Assembly: GCF_006345805.1 (NCBI RefSeq)
Contig: NW_021827947.1
Coordinates: 1-9,315 of the forward strand
Direction of reading: 5' to 3'
Length of the DNA stretch: 9,315 nt
Origin: Octopus sinensis
Lineage: Eukaryota
Shown: positions 8,805-9,315 of the stretch, piece by piece
Layout: each line of letters opens with the position of its first letter
Position numbering within the stretch: the stretch's first letter is position 1
The notes under the pieces: model-generated
What the model saw: the letters and a program-made list of their open reading frames with translations, nothing else
Told to the model about the DNA's origin: nothing
The model's database searches: none
Position numbers and translations under genes: made by a program

Positions 8805-8915
8805 ACGCATGTTTCAGCTGATTTATCAAGAGCATATCCATTTATAATTATATAATTATATAATTAAATAATTAATCAATACAATCTATTTAGTAAAACA
8901 GCTTCATCAGAGAAT
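8799..8915 (-). ncRNA. Type I hammerhead ribozyme with complete catalytic core, minimal stem III and long loop II (PLE-type)
   Basis: Minus strand: AUUCU-CUGAUGA(8910-8904)-AGCUGUUUUA...UAAAUCAGCU-GAAA(8815-8812)-C-AUGC-GUC(8806-8804)-UGAUU. Stem II pairs 9/10; stem III is A-U, C-G with a tetraloop; stem I only 3/5. Confidence 0.78.
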
Positions 8916-8926
8916 TTAAGAGAAAG

Positions 8927-9315
8927 TTCCATTCGTGAGATAACCACACCATTATCCTTCTCTTCTCTACTTTTGCTCAACCCCACCTTGAATATTCTCG
9001 CCCACTGTGGTCTGCCCACACGAGACAAAGTATCATGAAAATTGAAGCACCTCAAAGATCAATTCCAAAAAAAAAATAGAAAGCATGACAGGCCTTGGCT
9101 TTTGGGGTCAACTAGAAAAGCTCAATCTTTATTTTCTCTAACGCCGCCGTGAGCGCTACATCATCTGCATGAATGTGGAAAATATTCCATCAGCATTGCC
9201 TCAGTGTGATGTTGGTATTACCTATAAGATACACCCGTGCTATCCGCTCTCCACAAAAATCATACACGTATCACATAACAATACGGCACAATTATTCACC
9301 TCAATTGGCCCCGCT
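8927..9315 (+). mobile_element. Decayed CR1-type LINE fragment (C-terminal part of ORF2, downstream of the RT core), runs off the window
   Basis: Translates as FHS*DNHTIILLLSTFAQPHLEYSRPLWSAHTRQSIMKIEAPQRSIPKK / IESMTGLGFWGQLEKLNLYFL*RRRERYIIC / MWKIFH, matching the CR1/L2 pattern RPHLEY...WSP...LE.VQR...RL..L.L.SL..RR.R. Confidence 0.88.

Overview
AT-rich, microsatellite-dense eukaryotic DNA with no host gene, made up almost entirely of nested transposon remnants. The tRNA/CORE-type SINE matches my recollection of the abundant Octopus SINE, so the source is probably a cephalopod; this is recognition, not a database hit. Contents: four SINE copies; a decayed Penelope-like element (PLE; RT with YLDD plus GIY-YIG-type C-terminus, minus strand ~2870-4585) that the ORF track misses; an L1/Tx1-type 3' end; a decayed non-LTR RT fragment; a CR1-type fragment; an 86-bp mariner-like relic; an ~850-bp partial tandem duplication; and three fold-back elements. 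The main signal is hammerhead-ribozyme motifs in four mutually dissimilar non-coding elements. One (minus strand 8915-8799) has a complete catalytic core, and its predicted cleavage site falls on the edge of a 277-bp fold-back. This suggests a set of non-autonomous PLE-derived hairpin+hammerhead retroelements, several sitting in (TA)n tracts. Most listed ORFs are repeat artefacts.
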